From positions 64,815-128,814 of the forward strand of contig JBLNBN010000030.1 in assembly GCA_050260015.1 (NCBI GenBank): a DNA stretch of 64,000 nucleotides. Reading direction: 5' to 3'. Positions 37,154 to 46,621 of the stretch are shown piece after piece (positions within the stretch are counted from its first letter, which is position 1; the number at the start of each line of letters is the position of its first letter). Origin of the DNA: Chloroflexota bacterium. Lineage in GTDB: Bacteria > Bacteroidota > Ignavibacteria > Kapaibacteriales > UBA2268. Made by a program: the position numbers and the translations under genes. Under the pieces are notes generated by a model. It worked only from the letters and a program-made list of their open reading frames with translations, did not search any database and was not told the DNA's origin.

Positions 37154-38806
37154 ATGAAAAATAACAGAACTCTTGTAATGCCAATTATATTGATGGCCTT
37201 CCTTCTCATTCCAATTTTCAATCTTTATTCGCAGGTTGATTATAATTACCTTACAGGGGCGAGGAAAGGGCAAATTGACACTTTAGCTCTGGGGAACGCT
37301 CAGCAAAGCGTATCGAAATTTCAAGGGCTTTTAGAGCGGGAAATAGACCCGTCGCAATACATCGTCGGCCCGGGCGACGTTTTGATGATCTCCATACTCG
37401 CCGCTCAGCCGATTCAATATACGACGACCGTTACTCCTGAAGGAAAGTTGATACTTAGGAATACGGGCGTAGTAAATGTTAAAGGTATGACGCTCGAGGA
37501 GTGCTATGCTGCCGTCCGTAAGCAAATAAGCAAGTATTCAAAGTCCGAGGACATCGAGATCGCTTTAGTGGAATTAAGATCCTTCAAAGTCGGTCTGTCC
37601 GGTTCCGTTTCAAAGCCGATGTCGGTGGACGCGTCTCCCGCCGATAGAGTTTCCGAAATCATCGACAAGGCCGGAGGGTTGAAATATGGAGCGTCTATGC
37701 GACATATAAGCATATTACGCGAAACTAACGGCGGCGCAATATCCATACCTGTAGACCTCGTTAAGTACTACCTTACTAACGATAAAAGCATGAACCCGGT
37801 AGTCCGCGGCGGGGATCAGATCAGGATACCGCAAAGCTCCGATGTCGATGTTGTTGAAATTTACGGCGACGTAATGCAGCCGGGAATTTTCGAATATAAA
37901 GCCGGGGACAAATTATCCGACCTGGTCCGATTTGCGCAGGGGTTTCAAAGCGTTGCTTTCCTGGACTCCGTCGAGGTCGTCAGGTTCGACGGAAAGGGCA
38001 TAGAGTCGATCATTTTGAACTTAAACGACCCATCCTGGTATAATATATTATCGAAACCGGGGACGCTCGCTAACGATATAGAACTCCGCGCGGGCGATAG
38101 AGTATACGTGCGAAGAAAGGTAGAATGGAAAGAACCGGCCTATGCTATGATAGATGGCGCGGTCCGCTATCCTGGAAGATACGCAATCCAGGAAAACCGG
38201 GATAAAGCGAACGATTTGATTACAAGAGCGGGCGGCTTTACTGATGACGCTTACCTGCAGGGCGCCGAGTTTATTCGCCAAAGAGATCAGCGATATGACC
38301 CGGAATTGGAAAGGTTGAAAAATGTGCCGATGTCTGAAATGTCGGAATCGGAGATTAGGTATTTCCAAACAAGAAAGTTTGAGAAGCCAGGTATCGTATC
38401 GATAAATTTCGCTCAAATTAGGGCCAGCTCCAATTCTAAGGATAACATCGAGCTGATCAATCGCGATTCGATATATGTACCCAAAAAGAACGAATTCGTT
38501 AACGTGCAGGGTCGCGTAAACAGTCCAGGCTTAGTCGCTTATAATGCAAACTATACGTACGAGGACTATATTACGCAGGCCGGCGGCTTAGGCTATAGAG
38601 CCGACGAGAGCGAAATCACCATTGCTAAGCCGCGCGGGCAGATCTTTGGCGCGAAGGAAAAAAATTATAAAATCGAACCGGGCGACGTTATACTGGTCCC
38701 CCCAAAAAACGAAAAGACGTTCGGGGAGATATTTACGCAGACATTAACCATAATAACACAACTAGTAACTATTGCTGGTATTGTAATAACCCTTAGCCGA
38801 TTATAA
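37154..38806 (+). CDS. Polysaccharide export protein with multiple SLBB domains (Wza/KpsD-like)
   Basis: YIVGPGDVL Poly_export motif; repeated V.G.V..PG.Y and AGG SLBB units; C-terminal helix. Confidence 0.88.
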   Translation: MKNNRTLVMPIILMAFLLIPIFNLYSQVDYNYLTGARKGQIDTLALGNAQQSVSKFQGLLEREIDPSQYIVGPGDVLMISILAAQPIQYTTTVTPEGKLILRNTGVVNVKGMTLEECYAAVRKQISKYSKSEDIEIALVELRSFKVGLSGSVSKPMSVDASPADRVSEIIDKAGGLKYGASMRHISILRETNGGAISIPVDLVKYYLTNDKSMNPVVRGGDQIRIPQSSDVDVVEIYGDVMQPGIFEYKAGDKLSDLVRFAQGFQSVAFLDSVEVVRFDGKGIESIILNLNDPSWYNILSKPGTLANDIELRAGDRVYVRRKVEWKEPAYAMIDGAVRYPGRYAIQENRDKANDLITRAGGFTDDAYLQGAEFIRQRDQRYDPELERLKNVPMSEMSESEIRYFQTRKFEKPGIVSINFAQIRASSNSKDNIELINRDSIYVPKKNEFVNVQGRVNSPGLVAYNANYTYEDYITQAGGLGYRADESEITIAKPRGQIFGAKEKNYKIEPGDVILVPPKNEKTFGEIFTQTLTIITQLVTIAGIVITLSRL

Positions 38807-38817
38807 TAACGCAAGGA

Positions 38818-40008
38818 ATGAAAATGAATCAAGAACACGCGCCCTCGCTAACAATGGCTGTATTGGCGCTGTATAGATCGAAAATAAAATTTATATTAGT
38901 CGCGCTGATTGCGTTTGCGGTCTTATTGGCCTTATATTCGCTATCGCTGCCGCACGTATACCAGGCGGACGCCGAGTTGCTGCCTCCAAAACAATCGGAC
39001 GGCGGGGGCGGCCTGTCTTCATTTATTCAAAGCATGAGCGGCGGCTTAAGCGTAGGCGGCGTGGGCCAGGCAGGTCAGCCGTTCGTTTTTGTAGGCGTGC
39101 TTAAAAGCCGGGCCGTAGCCGATTACGTTATAAAGGATCTGAAACTAAAGAAGGACCCTAAATTCTCAAAATTAACGGACGAGGAGCTACGCGGGATGAT
39201 TACTTCCAGCCTTGAAACGGAAGTAAATCCCAGAAGTTCGATAATCGGAATTTCCGCGACAGCGTCGACCCCTTCGTTCCCATCCGATCAAGACATAGCC
39301 CACGCAAAGAATTTAGCGTCCCGGGTCGTCAATTCGGCTATCTCGGGGCTTGACGAGATCATTCGGAATAGGAGCGTATCGTCGGCGAGAAATTCGAAAG
39401 AGTACGTGGAAAGGGAATTAGCGCGCTATAAAATCAAATTAGATTCCATCGAAATAGCATTGGAGAACTTTCAGCGCGAAAATAAAGCTTTAGATATCGA
39501 AGCGCAGACGCAAGCCGTCCTTAGCTTAGCCGGCTCGGTAGCGGCGGAGCTGGCCAAAGCCGAAGTTGATCTGAACCGCGCTCGCGCTGAATTGGAACCG
39601 AGTTCCCCCCAGATCAAGGCGCTCGAGAAAAATTACGCTTCCCTAAAAAGTCAGTATGAACGCGTTCAGAGCGGGGGGCTAACCCCTAACGACGCTTTCT
39701 CGATTCCTCTCAAAAGCGCCCCGACGCTCGCACGGCTTTATACGGGACTTTTTCGGGAGAAAAAGATTATCGAGCAAGCGTTGCTTTACCTGGAAACTCA
39801 GCGTCACCAGGAGGCCATCGCCGAAAATCGGGATTTGCCAGTAGTGGAGGTGCTCGATTCCGCCGTTACGCAGAATACTCGAATCTCCCCAAAACGCGGA
39901 ATAATTTTATTAGGCGGCATGTCAATAGCAACCCTGCTATTACTTTTATCAATATTAGCCCACGCGATTATCGTTGGCACGATCAAATTAAGCAAGTACA
40001 GGGATTAA
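38818..40008 (+). CDS. Wzz/GumC-like chain-length determinant (polysaccharide co-polymerase)
   Basis: Two TMs flanking a coiled coil; VLKSR and VLDSA...SPKR motifs. Confidence 0.82.
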   Translation: MKMNQEHAPSLTMAVLALYRSKIKFILVALIAFAVLLALYSLSLPHVYQADAELLPPKQSDGGGGLSSFIQSMSGGLSVGGVGQAGQPFVFVGVLKSRAVADYVIKDLKLKKDPKFSKLTDEELRGMITSSLETEVNPRSSIIGISATASTPSFPSDQDIAHAKNLASRVVNSAISGLDEIIRNRSVSSARNSKEYVERELARYKIKLDSIEIALENFQRENKALDIEAQTQAVLSLAGSVAAELAKAEVDLNRARAELEPSSPQIKALEKNYASLKSQYERVQSGGLTPNDAFSIPLKSAPTLARLYTGLFREKKIIEQALLYLETQRHQEAIAENRDLPVVEVLDSAVTQNTRISPKRGIILLGGMSIATLLLLLSILAHAIIVGTIKLSKYRD

Positions 40009-42224
40009 GCGATTCGATAGTACTTTAGCGCGTCTCCGATAGAATCCGAGATCCTATCCTTCAACAACTTATTGGGCGCGGCCTCGAGCTTGGGGTCGCG
40101 CTCGACTATTTTTTTAGCCAGTTCGTTCGCTTCGGCTATAATATCCGCGTCGGCGGCCAGGTCGACATATTTAAACAGCGGTAGCCCCGATTGCCTCGTG
40201 CCCAGCATATCGCCCGGACCGCGCAGTTTCAGGTCTATTTCCGCTATCTTAAAGCCGTCTGTCGTCTCCTCCATTGTTTTTAATCTGACGAATAACGCCT
40301 TAATATCCGTATCGTCCGCGTTCTTTCGGCGAATTTGGTACTGGTGCTTGTCTTTCGTTAATAGCACGCAATAGGATTGCTCGGAGCCTCTGCCAACACG
40401 CCCGCGCAACTGGTGCAATTGCGACAACCCAAAACGCTCGGCGTCCTCGATTATCATAACTGTTGCGTTGGCAACGTCGATGCCCACTTCAATAACCGTT
40501 GTCGCTACGAGCACGTCGTAGCGCTTCGCCAGGAAATCCCGCATAACGCTTTCTTTGTCGACGGACTGCATTTGACCATGCAAAAGCCCGCAGGAAAATT
40601 CTCCGAACGCTTCCGTTCGGAGCTCTTCGAAATGCTCCGTAGCCGCTTTCAATTCCAGCTTTTCGGACTTTTCCACCAAAGGATATACGATATAGGCTTG
40701 GCGGCCCTCGCGGAGTTTATCTTTTACGAACTCTAATACTTCGTCGCGATCCTTTTCGTAGGCTACTTTTGTTTTTATCGGTTTTCTATCCCGGGGCATT
40801 TCTTTTATCACGGAAACGTCGAGGTCGCCGTAAACCGTCATGGTCATCGTACGAGGAATTGGTGTGGCCGTCATAAGTAAAATGTGAGGCGCGAAACCGT
40901 TCTCCATGGATCTTTTACTCAACCGGATCAAATCGGCCCGCTGTTCGACCCCGAACCTATGCTGCTCGTCTATGACGACGAAGCCCAAATTTTTATAGGG
41001 GATTTCACCGGAGAAGAGCGCGTGGGTGCCTACTACAATATTTGCCGTTCCGGAGCTTACGCTCGCGATTACTTCTTCGCGCAGCTTCTTACGCTGACCG
41101 CCGACAAGCTGGACAATGCTCAGCCCGAATCCTTCGAAAAATTTTTGGATCGTCGCGTAGTGTTGCTCGGCCAGTATTTCAGTTGGCGCCATAAAGGCGA
41201 CCTGGTAACCGCTGTCGATAGCAATGAGCGTAGAGAGCAGTGCGACAATTGTTTTTCCGCTGCCGACGTCGCCTTGAAGTAATCTATTCATAGGCGAGCC
41301 GGACCTGAAGTCGGCGGTAATATCGCGCAGGGCCTTTAATTGATCCCCGGTTAGCTTGAAGGGGAGCGTGGAGTAAAGCTCGCGCGCCAGGGGACTTTTC
41401 TCGACGAATACCGGGGCTCTCTCCTTTGTCTTGTACGCATTTCTATCCAAGGAAAGGATTAACTGAAGCTGGAAAACCTCTTCGAACTTTACTCGCCTCT
41501 GCGCTCTTTTTACTTCTTCCATATTTTCGGGGAAGTGCAGCGATTTGAGCGTTATCTTTATGTCTGGCAGGGCGTGCCTTTTAAGGATGTAATCGGGCAG
41601 CGTCTCCTTTATCCTCGGCGCGTAGTTCTCGACGATCTTCGCAACTAATTGTCTCATTAACCGCATATTAAGGCCGCTTTTGCGCATTTCTTCGGTAAGG
41701 GTGTAGTTTGGAAGGATAAGCCCTTCTTTGTATAGCTCGGCGTCGTCCTCGTCTATAATATCAATTTCCGGGTGGGTGAACTCAAGCGTTTTAAACCCGG
41801 TCACCTCGCCCTTGCCGCTTACGGCAAGAAGTTGTCCTTCGTTATACAGCTTCTTAAAGAACTTTACCATATTCCAGAAAACTATCTTGCATTTGCCGCC
41901 TGTGTCGTCCGTTAGAATTAATTCCAGCATGCTCCTGTTGCGACCAAAGTTTCTCTCGTTTATTTGGATGATTTTCCCAACGACGCTTAATTCCTCGCGT
42001 AAGGAGTACCCGGCATCGGAGAGCGCGGATTCCGCGTTTTCATTCAATTTTTTATTTATCAGTTGTTGAATGCCGAGCGCGCCCGTACGGGAAATGTAAT
42101 TTCTCGGGAAATAAAAGATCAAATCCCTCCAGGATTGTATGCCTGCCTTCATCAGGGCTTCAGCTCTTCGTGGCCCCACGCCTTTAAGGTAAGCTAATTC
42201 GCCGGGCGCTGCGTTATCTGTCAT
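40005..42224 (-). CDS. recG: ATP-dependent DNA helicase RecG
   Basis: RLLQGDVGSGKT, DEQHRFGVEQR, MTATPIPRT and QLHQLRGRVGRG. Confidence 0.97.
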   Translation of the reverse strand: MTDNAAPGELAYLKGVGPRRAEALMKAGIQSWRDLIFYFPRNYISRTGALGIQQLINKKLNENAESALSDAGYSLREELSVVGKIIQINERNFGRNRSMLELILTDDTGGKCKIVFWNMVKFFKKLYNEGQLLAVSGKGEVTGFKTLEFTHPEIDIIDEDDAELYKEGLILPNYTLTEEMRKSGLNMRLMRQLVAKIVENYAPRIKETLPDYILKRHALPDIKITLKSLHFPENMEEVKRAQRRVKFEEVFQLQLILSLDRNAYKTKERAPVFVEKSPLARELYSTLPFKLTGDQLKALRDITADFRSGSPMNRLLQGDVGSGKTIVALLSTLIAIDSGYQVAFMAPTEILAEQHYATIQKFFEGFGLSIVQLVGGQRKKLREEVIASVSSGTANIVVGTHALFSGEIPYKNLGFVVIDEQHRFGVEQRADLIRLSKRSMENGFAPHILLMTATPIPRTMTMTVYGDLDVSVIKEMPRDRKPIKTKVAYEKDRDEVLEFVKDKLREGRQAYIVYPLVEKSEKLELKAATEHFEELRTEAFGEFSCGLLHGQMQSVDKESVMRDFLAKRYDVLVATTVIEVGIDVANATVMIIEDAERFGLSQLHQLRGRVGRGSEQSYCVLLTKDKHQYQIRRKNADDTDIKALFVRLKTMEETTDGFKIAEIDLKLRGPGDMLGTRQSGLPLFKYVDLAADADIIAEANELAKKIVERDPKLEAAPNKLLKDRISDSIGDALKYYRIA

Positions 42225-42276
42225 TTATTTATTTTAAAATTTTGATTCACAGGTATTCAAATATAAGCTGTGTCGT

Positions 42277-42306
42277 TTAAACTTTTTATTATATTGTAAT
42301 GTCTAA
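42277..42306 (+). promoter_or_regulatory. Putative ECF sigma promoter (AAACTT-N17-TCTAA)
   Basis: 24/30 identical to 43199-43228; resembles the sigmaE/AlgU consensus. Confidence 0.55.
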
Positions 42307-42342
42307 TTTTGAAAAATGTTTTTATCATTAGAAGGAGCGTAT

Positions 42343-43143
42343 ATGAAAACCCGATTAAGACTATTTTGGGTGATGTTATCAGCGGCGTTATTATTATTTG
42401 GCAGCGAATCATTTGCTCAAAAAGGTAAATGCGTTCGCGAGGGCCACGGTTGCAAAACGAATTGCGGCAAGAACTTCGTCGACGCGAACAACGACGGCAA
42501 GTGCGACAACTTCGTCGACGCGGACGGCGACGGCAAATGCGACTTGAAATGCGGTCAGAAAAGCTGCGATAAAAGCGAATTAAAGGGTCGCTGCTGCGGC
42601 AAGAACTTCGTCGACGCGAACAACGACGGCAAATGCGACAACTTCGTCGACGCAAACGGCGACGGTAAATGCGATTTAGGCTGCGGCAAAAAGGGAAGTT
42701 GCAAAATGGTCGGCATGGGTAAAGGCATGCGTAATTGCCCGGAATTTGTCGACGCGAACAACGACGGCAAGTGCGACAACTTCGTCGACGCAAACGGCGA
42801 CGGCAAATGCGATTCGGGCCCGTGCGGCAAAGGCAAACAATGCCGTAAGACGCAGCCATCCGGCGGAGCCGCCGAAAAAGTTACTTTTGAATTAGGTAAT
42901 CCGTTTCCAATGCCTTCGGGAAAGGAAATTAATTTTTCAGTTACGACTACAGGCATCGCGCAGGCAACCATTGAGCTTTATGACTCAAACGGGAAACTCG
43001 TTCGCGAGATTTTTGCGGGCGAGTTAAAAAAAGGGGAGAACATATTAACAGCCAGCTCTCAAGACCTGCAGGTTGGAACATATATATTAAAAGCTTCCGT
43101 CGCCGGAAAGACAATCTCGAAAAATTTAGTTATAAGTAAATAA
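42343..43143 (+). CDS. T9SS CTD protein made of Cys-rich FVDxxxDGKCD calcium-loop repeats
   Basis: AAGGAG then ATG 42343; signal peptide; six FVDA(N/D)(N/G)DGKCD units; 18 Cys; CTD GNPFPMP...LQVGTYIL...KNLVISK. Confidence 0.88.
   Translation: MKTRLRLFWVMLSAALLLFGSESFAQKGKCVREGHGCKTNCGKNFVDANNDGKCDNFVDADGDGKCDLKCGQKSCDKSELKGRCCGKNFVDANNDGKCDNFVDANGDGKCDLGCGKKGSCKMVGMGKGMRNCPEFVDANNDGKCDNFVDANGDGKCDSGPCGKGKQCRKTQPSGGAAEKVTFELGNPFPMPSGKEINFSVTTTGIAQATIELYDSNGKLVREIFAGELKKGENILTASSQDLQVGTYILKASVAGKTISKNLVISK
42472..42813 (+). repeat. Intragenic 36-bp repeat, six units in three doublets
   Basis: AACTTCGTCGACGCGAACAACGACGGCAARTGCGAC-type units at 42472, 42508, 42604, 42640, 42742 and 42778. Confidence 0.92.
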
Positions 43144-43165
43144 ACTTACTGCAAGAAGCTACTGT

Positions 43166-43192
43166 AAAACGCCGGTATATCCGGCGTTTTTT
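43166..43192 (+). terminator. Intrinsic terminator
   Basis: AAAACGCCGG-tatat-CCGGCGTTTTTT. Confidence 0.8.
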
Positions 43193-43198
43193 ATATGA

Positions 43199-43228
43199 TT
43201 AAACCTTTTATTATCGTGCCCTGTCTAA
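43199..43228 (+). promoter_or_regulatory. Putative ECF sigma promoter (AAACCT-N17-TCTAA)
   Basis: Conserved copy of 42277-42306, at a similar distance upstream of the paralogue. Confidence 0.55.
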
Positions 43229-43268
43229 ATGATACATTCACAGTGATTAATTATCAGGAGAGAATAGC

Positions 43269-44222
43269 ATGAAATCCAATGTCCGGTTTATAAAAACTTT
43301 AGCTACCCTTGCATTAATCTTTACTCTAACGGCGGTGTCAGCCCAATTAGACGGCAGGGGCGGTAAAGGCAAAATGGGCAGATTTGCGGACGGCGACGGC
43401 AAATGCGACTCTAGCCGCGGCCATAAAGGATTAGGCCGGTTCGGCGGGATGATACATTGCCCTGAATTCGTAGACGCTAATAAGGACGGCAAGTGCGATA
43501 TCTGTTCGGCAAAGATAGATTCGTTAAAAGCGGCCGGTTGGACTAAGGAAGATTTTAGGCGCGAAATGGCAAAATTCAGGCCCCGGTTCCCTAAAGGATT
43601 TCCAGATTCTACGATGAGGGAATTCCGCATGCATATGAAGGACTTAAGGGATTCGCTCAGGGCGTCTGGCTTGGATCGCGATGAAATTATGCGCGAATTA
43701 CATAAAAGAATGCCCCATCCCGCATTTGCCGATTCAATCATGAAGGCGCGTCATGAACGCATGAAAGCCATTATGGATTCCTTGAAAGAGGCCGGAGCAG
43801 ATGTGCGAGGTAAATGGATGCATCCTCCCATGGACGGCGATTTCCCCGATACGAATATGAGGGAACGCATGCGAATGATGAAGCGCTTCCGACCATGCAC
43901 GTGCGCCTGGCTGCATCATATCGGCGAAGCCGCTCCTACTGCGGGACAGCCTGCGAAATTACAATTTGAGCTCGGAAACCCATATCCCGTGCCGGCCGGC
44001 GAGAAGCTCAATATGACCGTTTCGATTGAAGGCGCCGCTCCTGCTACGATCGAGCTCTACGACGCTAACGGGAAGCTGATCCGCTCCGTTTTCAGCGGCG
44101 AATTAAAGAAAGGAGAGAATAAGTTCTCAACGGAGACAAGAGATTTGCAAGCTGGAACTTATATCCTGAAGGCAACGGTAGCCGGACAAACTACCTCTAA
44201 AAACGTAGTTATTAATAAATAA
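43269..44222 (+). CDS. T9SS CTD protein with DxDxDG loops and Met/Arg/His-rich helical repeats
   Basis: Signal peptide; ADGDGKCD and CPEFVDANKDGKCD; three DSL(K/R)xxG...F(P/A)D(S/T)xM units; CTD closely similar to that of 42343-43143. Confidence 0.88.
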   Translation: MKSNVRFIKTLATLALIFTLTAVSAQLDGRGGKGKMGRFADGDGKCDSSRGHKGLGRFGGMIHCPEFVDANKDGKCDICSAKIDSLKAAGWTKEDFRREMAKFRPRFPKGFPDSTMREFRMHMKDLRDSLRASGLDRDEIMRELHKRMPHPAFADSIMKARHERMKAIMDSLKEAGADVRGKWMHPPMDGDFPDTNMRERMRMMKRFRPCTCAWLHHIGEAAPTAGQPAKLQFELGNPYPVPAGEKLNMTVSIEGAAPATIELYDANGKLIRSVFSGELKKGENKFSTETRDLQAGTYILKATVAGQTTSKNVVINK

Positions 44223-44242
44223 GCCGATTAAAAAAATGACGC

Positions 44243-44269
44243 AAAACGCCGGCTTGTCCGGCGTTTTTT
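44243..44269 (+). terminator. Intrinsic terminator
   Basis: AAAACGCCGG-cttgt-CCGGCGTTTTTT; stem identical to the 43166 terminator. Confidence 0.8.
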
Positions 44270-44281
44270 GTAATTTTGAAT

Positions 44282-45433
44282 ATGAAGATCGCGTATATTA
44301 TGCATTCGTTCGATAATTCGAACGTAAAAAAGCGGAAAGAACTCGGCTGGTTTATTACTACTAATATTGAAAAATGGGGCTGCGAAATTGAATATATTGA
44401 AGCGCGAAGCCCTCTACTCGCGTTGTTCTTTAAAATAAAATCCGCCGCGTTAAATAAATTGGGAAAAAAAACAAATTGGTTTAGGGAGCCTTTTCTTCTT
44501 AAACGACTTGCCAGGAATGCGGAAAAGAAGCTCAGGAGTTCGGATTGCCAGGCCGTGTTTAGCTTCGGCTCTATTCCAATATCGTTTATAGCGACTGAAA
44601 AGCCTATCATATTTTGGACGGACGCCGCCTTCGCTTCGTTGCTCGGGCGCCATCCGCATATGTCCGGCCTTACGGAAAAAGCTGTCGCAAAGGGGAACTT
44701 AATCGAACATGACGCCTTTAAAAGGGCGAGTCGAATCATTTTTACTTCCGGTTGGGCAGCCGACCAAGCAAGAGATTTTTATAAAATCCCCGATGAGAAA
44801 ATAAAAATTGCAACGTTCGGGCCGAATATGGCAGGTATACCTTCCAAAGAATATATCGATAACGTGATTGACGGCAGATCGAGGAAGGAGATCCATTTTC
44901 TCTGGATAGCGGTAAACTGGGAATTGAAGGATGGACCTCGGGCGTTAGCTATAACGAATGAGCTGAATAAATCCATTAAGACGACGTTGCATGTTGTCGG
45001 CGTCCCTAAAACCGTCGCGACTTCGGACGCAAGTAACGCCGTATTTTACGGCTTTCTCTCGAAGGACGATCCTGCCCAGGAAAGGCGACTAGCTGAGCTT
45101 TTTGCAAAATGCCACTTCCTCGTTCATCCGACTAAGTTCGATACGTTGGGGCAAGTAATTATTGAATCTAATTCGTACGGGCTACCCGCGATCACCCACG
45201 AGGTGGGAGGTGTTCCTGAAGTCGTTCGGCACGGCGTAAACGGGTTTATTTATCAGCCGGGCGAAGCGGTTGAAACAATCGCTAAGGAAATTCTGTACGT
45301 ATACCAGGACGCGGAAGCATACCGCGCGCTTTGCAAAAACGCTCGCGCCGACTATGAAGAGCGCACGAGCTGGGGAGCGGCTACGAAAAAAGTAGTCTGT
45401 TGGATAAATGAGGCTATAGATCAATCGCCGTAA
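44282..45433 (+). CDS. Glycosyltransferase family 4 protein
   Basis: HPTKFDTLGQVIIESNSYGLP...GGVPEVVRHGVNG GT-B motif. Confidence 0.9.
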   Translation: MKIAYIMHSFDNSNVKKRKELGWFITTNIEKWGCEIEYIEARSPLLALFFKIKSAALNKLGKKTNWFREPFLLKRLARNAEKKLRSSDCQAVFSFGSIPISFIATEKPIIFWTDAAFASLLGRHPHMSGLTEKAVAKGNLIEHDAFKRASRIIFTSGWAADQARDFYKIPDEKIKIATFGPNMAGIPSKEYIDNVIDGRSRKEIHFLWIAVNWELKDGPRALAITNELNKSIKTTLHVVGVPKTVATSDASNAVFYGFLSKDDPAQERRLAELFAKCHFLVHPTKFDTLGQVIIESNSYGLPAITHEVGGVPEVVRHGVNGFIYQPGEAVETIAKEILYVYQDAEAYRALCKNARADYEERTSWGAATKKVVCWINEAIDQSP

Positions 45434-45828
45434 TATTCGACAAAGCTGGTATTAGTTTCATGCAATTTTATCTTATAAAGCTTCGCCGGCGAGATCTTAT
45501 CGACTAGAACCCGCCAAAAAGAAATAGCCAGGTTCTCAACGGTGGGAATAATTCCATGAAGGAAATCGACGTCTACGTTTAAGTTCTTATGATCCACCTT
45601 GTCGATAATTTCCTCCTGGACGATACGTTTTAGCTTCTTAAGATCCATAAGGTAACCGGTGCCGGGATCGGGTTCGCCGCAAACGGTAACTTCCATGTAG
45701 TAATTATGACCATGGCCGGAAGGATTGAAGCATTTATCGTATATTGCGGCATTTTTAGCGTCGTCGAACGCTGGATTGAATAAGGTGTGCGCGGCGGAAA
45801 AATCTGTTTTTTTTGTTATGTATATCAT
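45421..45828 (-). CDS. 6-pyruvoyl-tetrahydropterin synthase family protein (PTPS-II-type CX5HGH motif; QueD/PTPS superfamily)
   Basis: FSAAH, KCFNPSGHGHNY, DHKNLN, PTVENLA and ET motifs. Confidence 0.9.
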   Translation of the reverse strand: MIYITKKTDFSAAHTLFNPAFDDAKNAAIYDKCFNPSGHGHNYYMEVTVCGEPDPGTGYLMDLKKLKRIVQEEIIDKVDHKNLNVDVDFLHGIIPTVENLAISFWRVLVDKISPAKLYKIKLHETNTSFVEYYGD

Positions 45829-45886
45829 ATAATCTTAGCTAAGAAAATAATACAACAAGAATTGGAATTAATCAAAAAATAGAATC

Positions 45887-46621
45887 ATGAAAAATTTAAA
45901 GCATAAACTGATAATCGCGCTGATTATTGCAATAGCTTTTGGCGAGCCCGCTTTGACGCAGGACGTCGTACCCGGGCCTATCCGTTTTCTAAATATGTCC
46001 GGCGAGGCGATGGCGACTATAAACGGAACGGCCATGAACTTTAGCGTAAACGCGACGATCGCGGGCGAGGATTCGCTAGCGGCCACTCTCCTGGCAATGG
46101 GCATGCCCGTAGGAAAGTTATTCGCGTCGGAAAACGAGTATAAGATCTGGAATACTATGGAAAATACCGGCTATGCGGGGAAGGACACTAAAGCCCTGTC
46201 CCGGCTCAGCGGCTTAACGCTTGGAGTCAGGGAGCTTGTCCGCGTTTTCCGGGGCTTAACGCCGTCTGATTTCTCCGAATATACCCTAAAAGAAAAACAG
46301 GACGGTAGCGCGCTGTACATCAAGACCTCCGAGAAAGGGGCTGTCTTTGCGCGCATGGGCGACAGGGGAGAGGCGCTCCAGTTGCAATTTAAAAATGCTC
46401 AAAACGAGTTAATCGGCAACATTGTTTACGAGAATTTCCAGCAGTTTTCCGCCGGGTATCTTGCAAAGACAATGAAAATCTCCGCTCCGAAAAGAAACTT
46501 AAGTATAACGATTACCTGGACTAAGATAGAATCTATCGATAAATTAACTAAAGCAATGAACTTTTTGCCTCCGCAGTCTGCGGAAATTATTAATACCGAT
46601 GAATTACTTAACGAGGAATAA
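45887..46621 (+). CDS. Exported hypothetical protein (DUF4292/LolB-like fold suspected)
   Basis: Signal peptide; pattern AMGMPVGKLF...LS.LSGL; beta-rich; directly abuts folE. Confidence 0.55.
   Translation: MKNLKHKLIIALIIAIAFGEPALTQDVVPGPIRFLNMSGEAMATINGTAMNFSVNATIAGEDSLAATLLAMGMPVGKLFASENEYKIWNTMENTGYAGKDTKALSRLSGLTLGVRELVRVFRGLTPSDFSEYTLKEKQDGSALYIKTSEKGAVFARMGDRGEALQLQFKNAQNELIGNIVYENFQQFSAGYLAKTMKISAPKRNLSITITWTKIESIDKLTKAMNFLPPQSAEIINTDELLNEE

Noticed and set aside
42472-42813. CRISPR array from the 36-bp repeats
   Set aside because: The units are directly adjacent, in frame inside a CDS, and vary at codon level.
42257-42859. 200-aa Arg/Cys-rich minus-strand ORF
   Set aside because: It is the antisense shadow of the repeat gene; the + frame has an RBS, signal peptide and CTD.
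45421-45828. Calling this gene queD, or part of a 7-deazaguanine DNA-modification system
   Set aside because: The motif is CX5HGH (PTPS-II), and no queC, queE or dpd genes are nearby.
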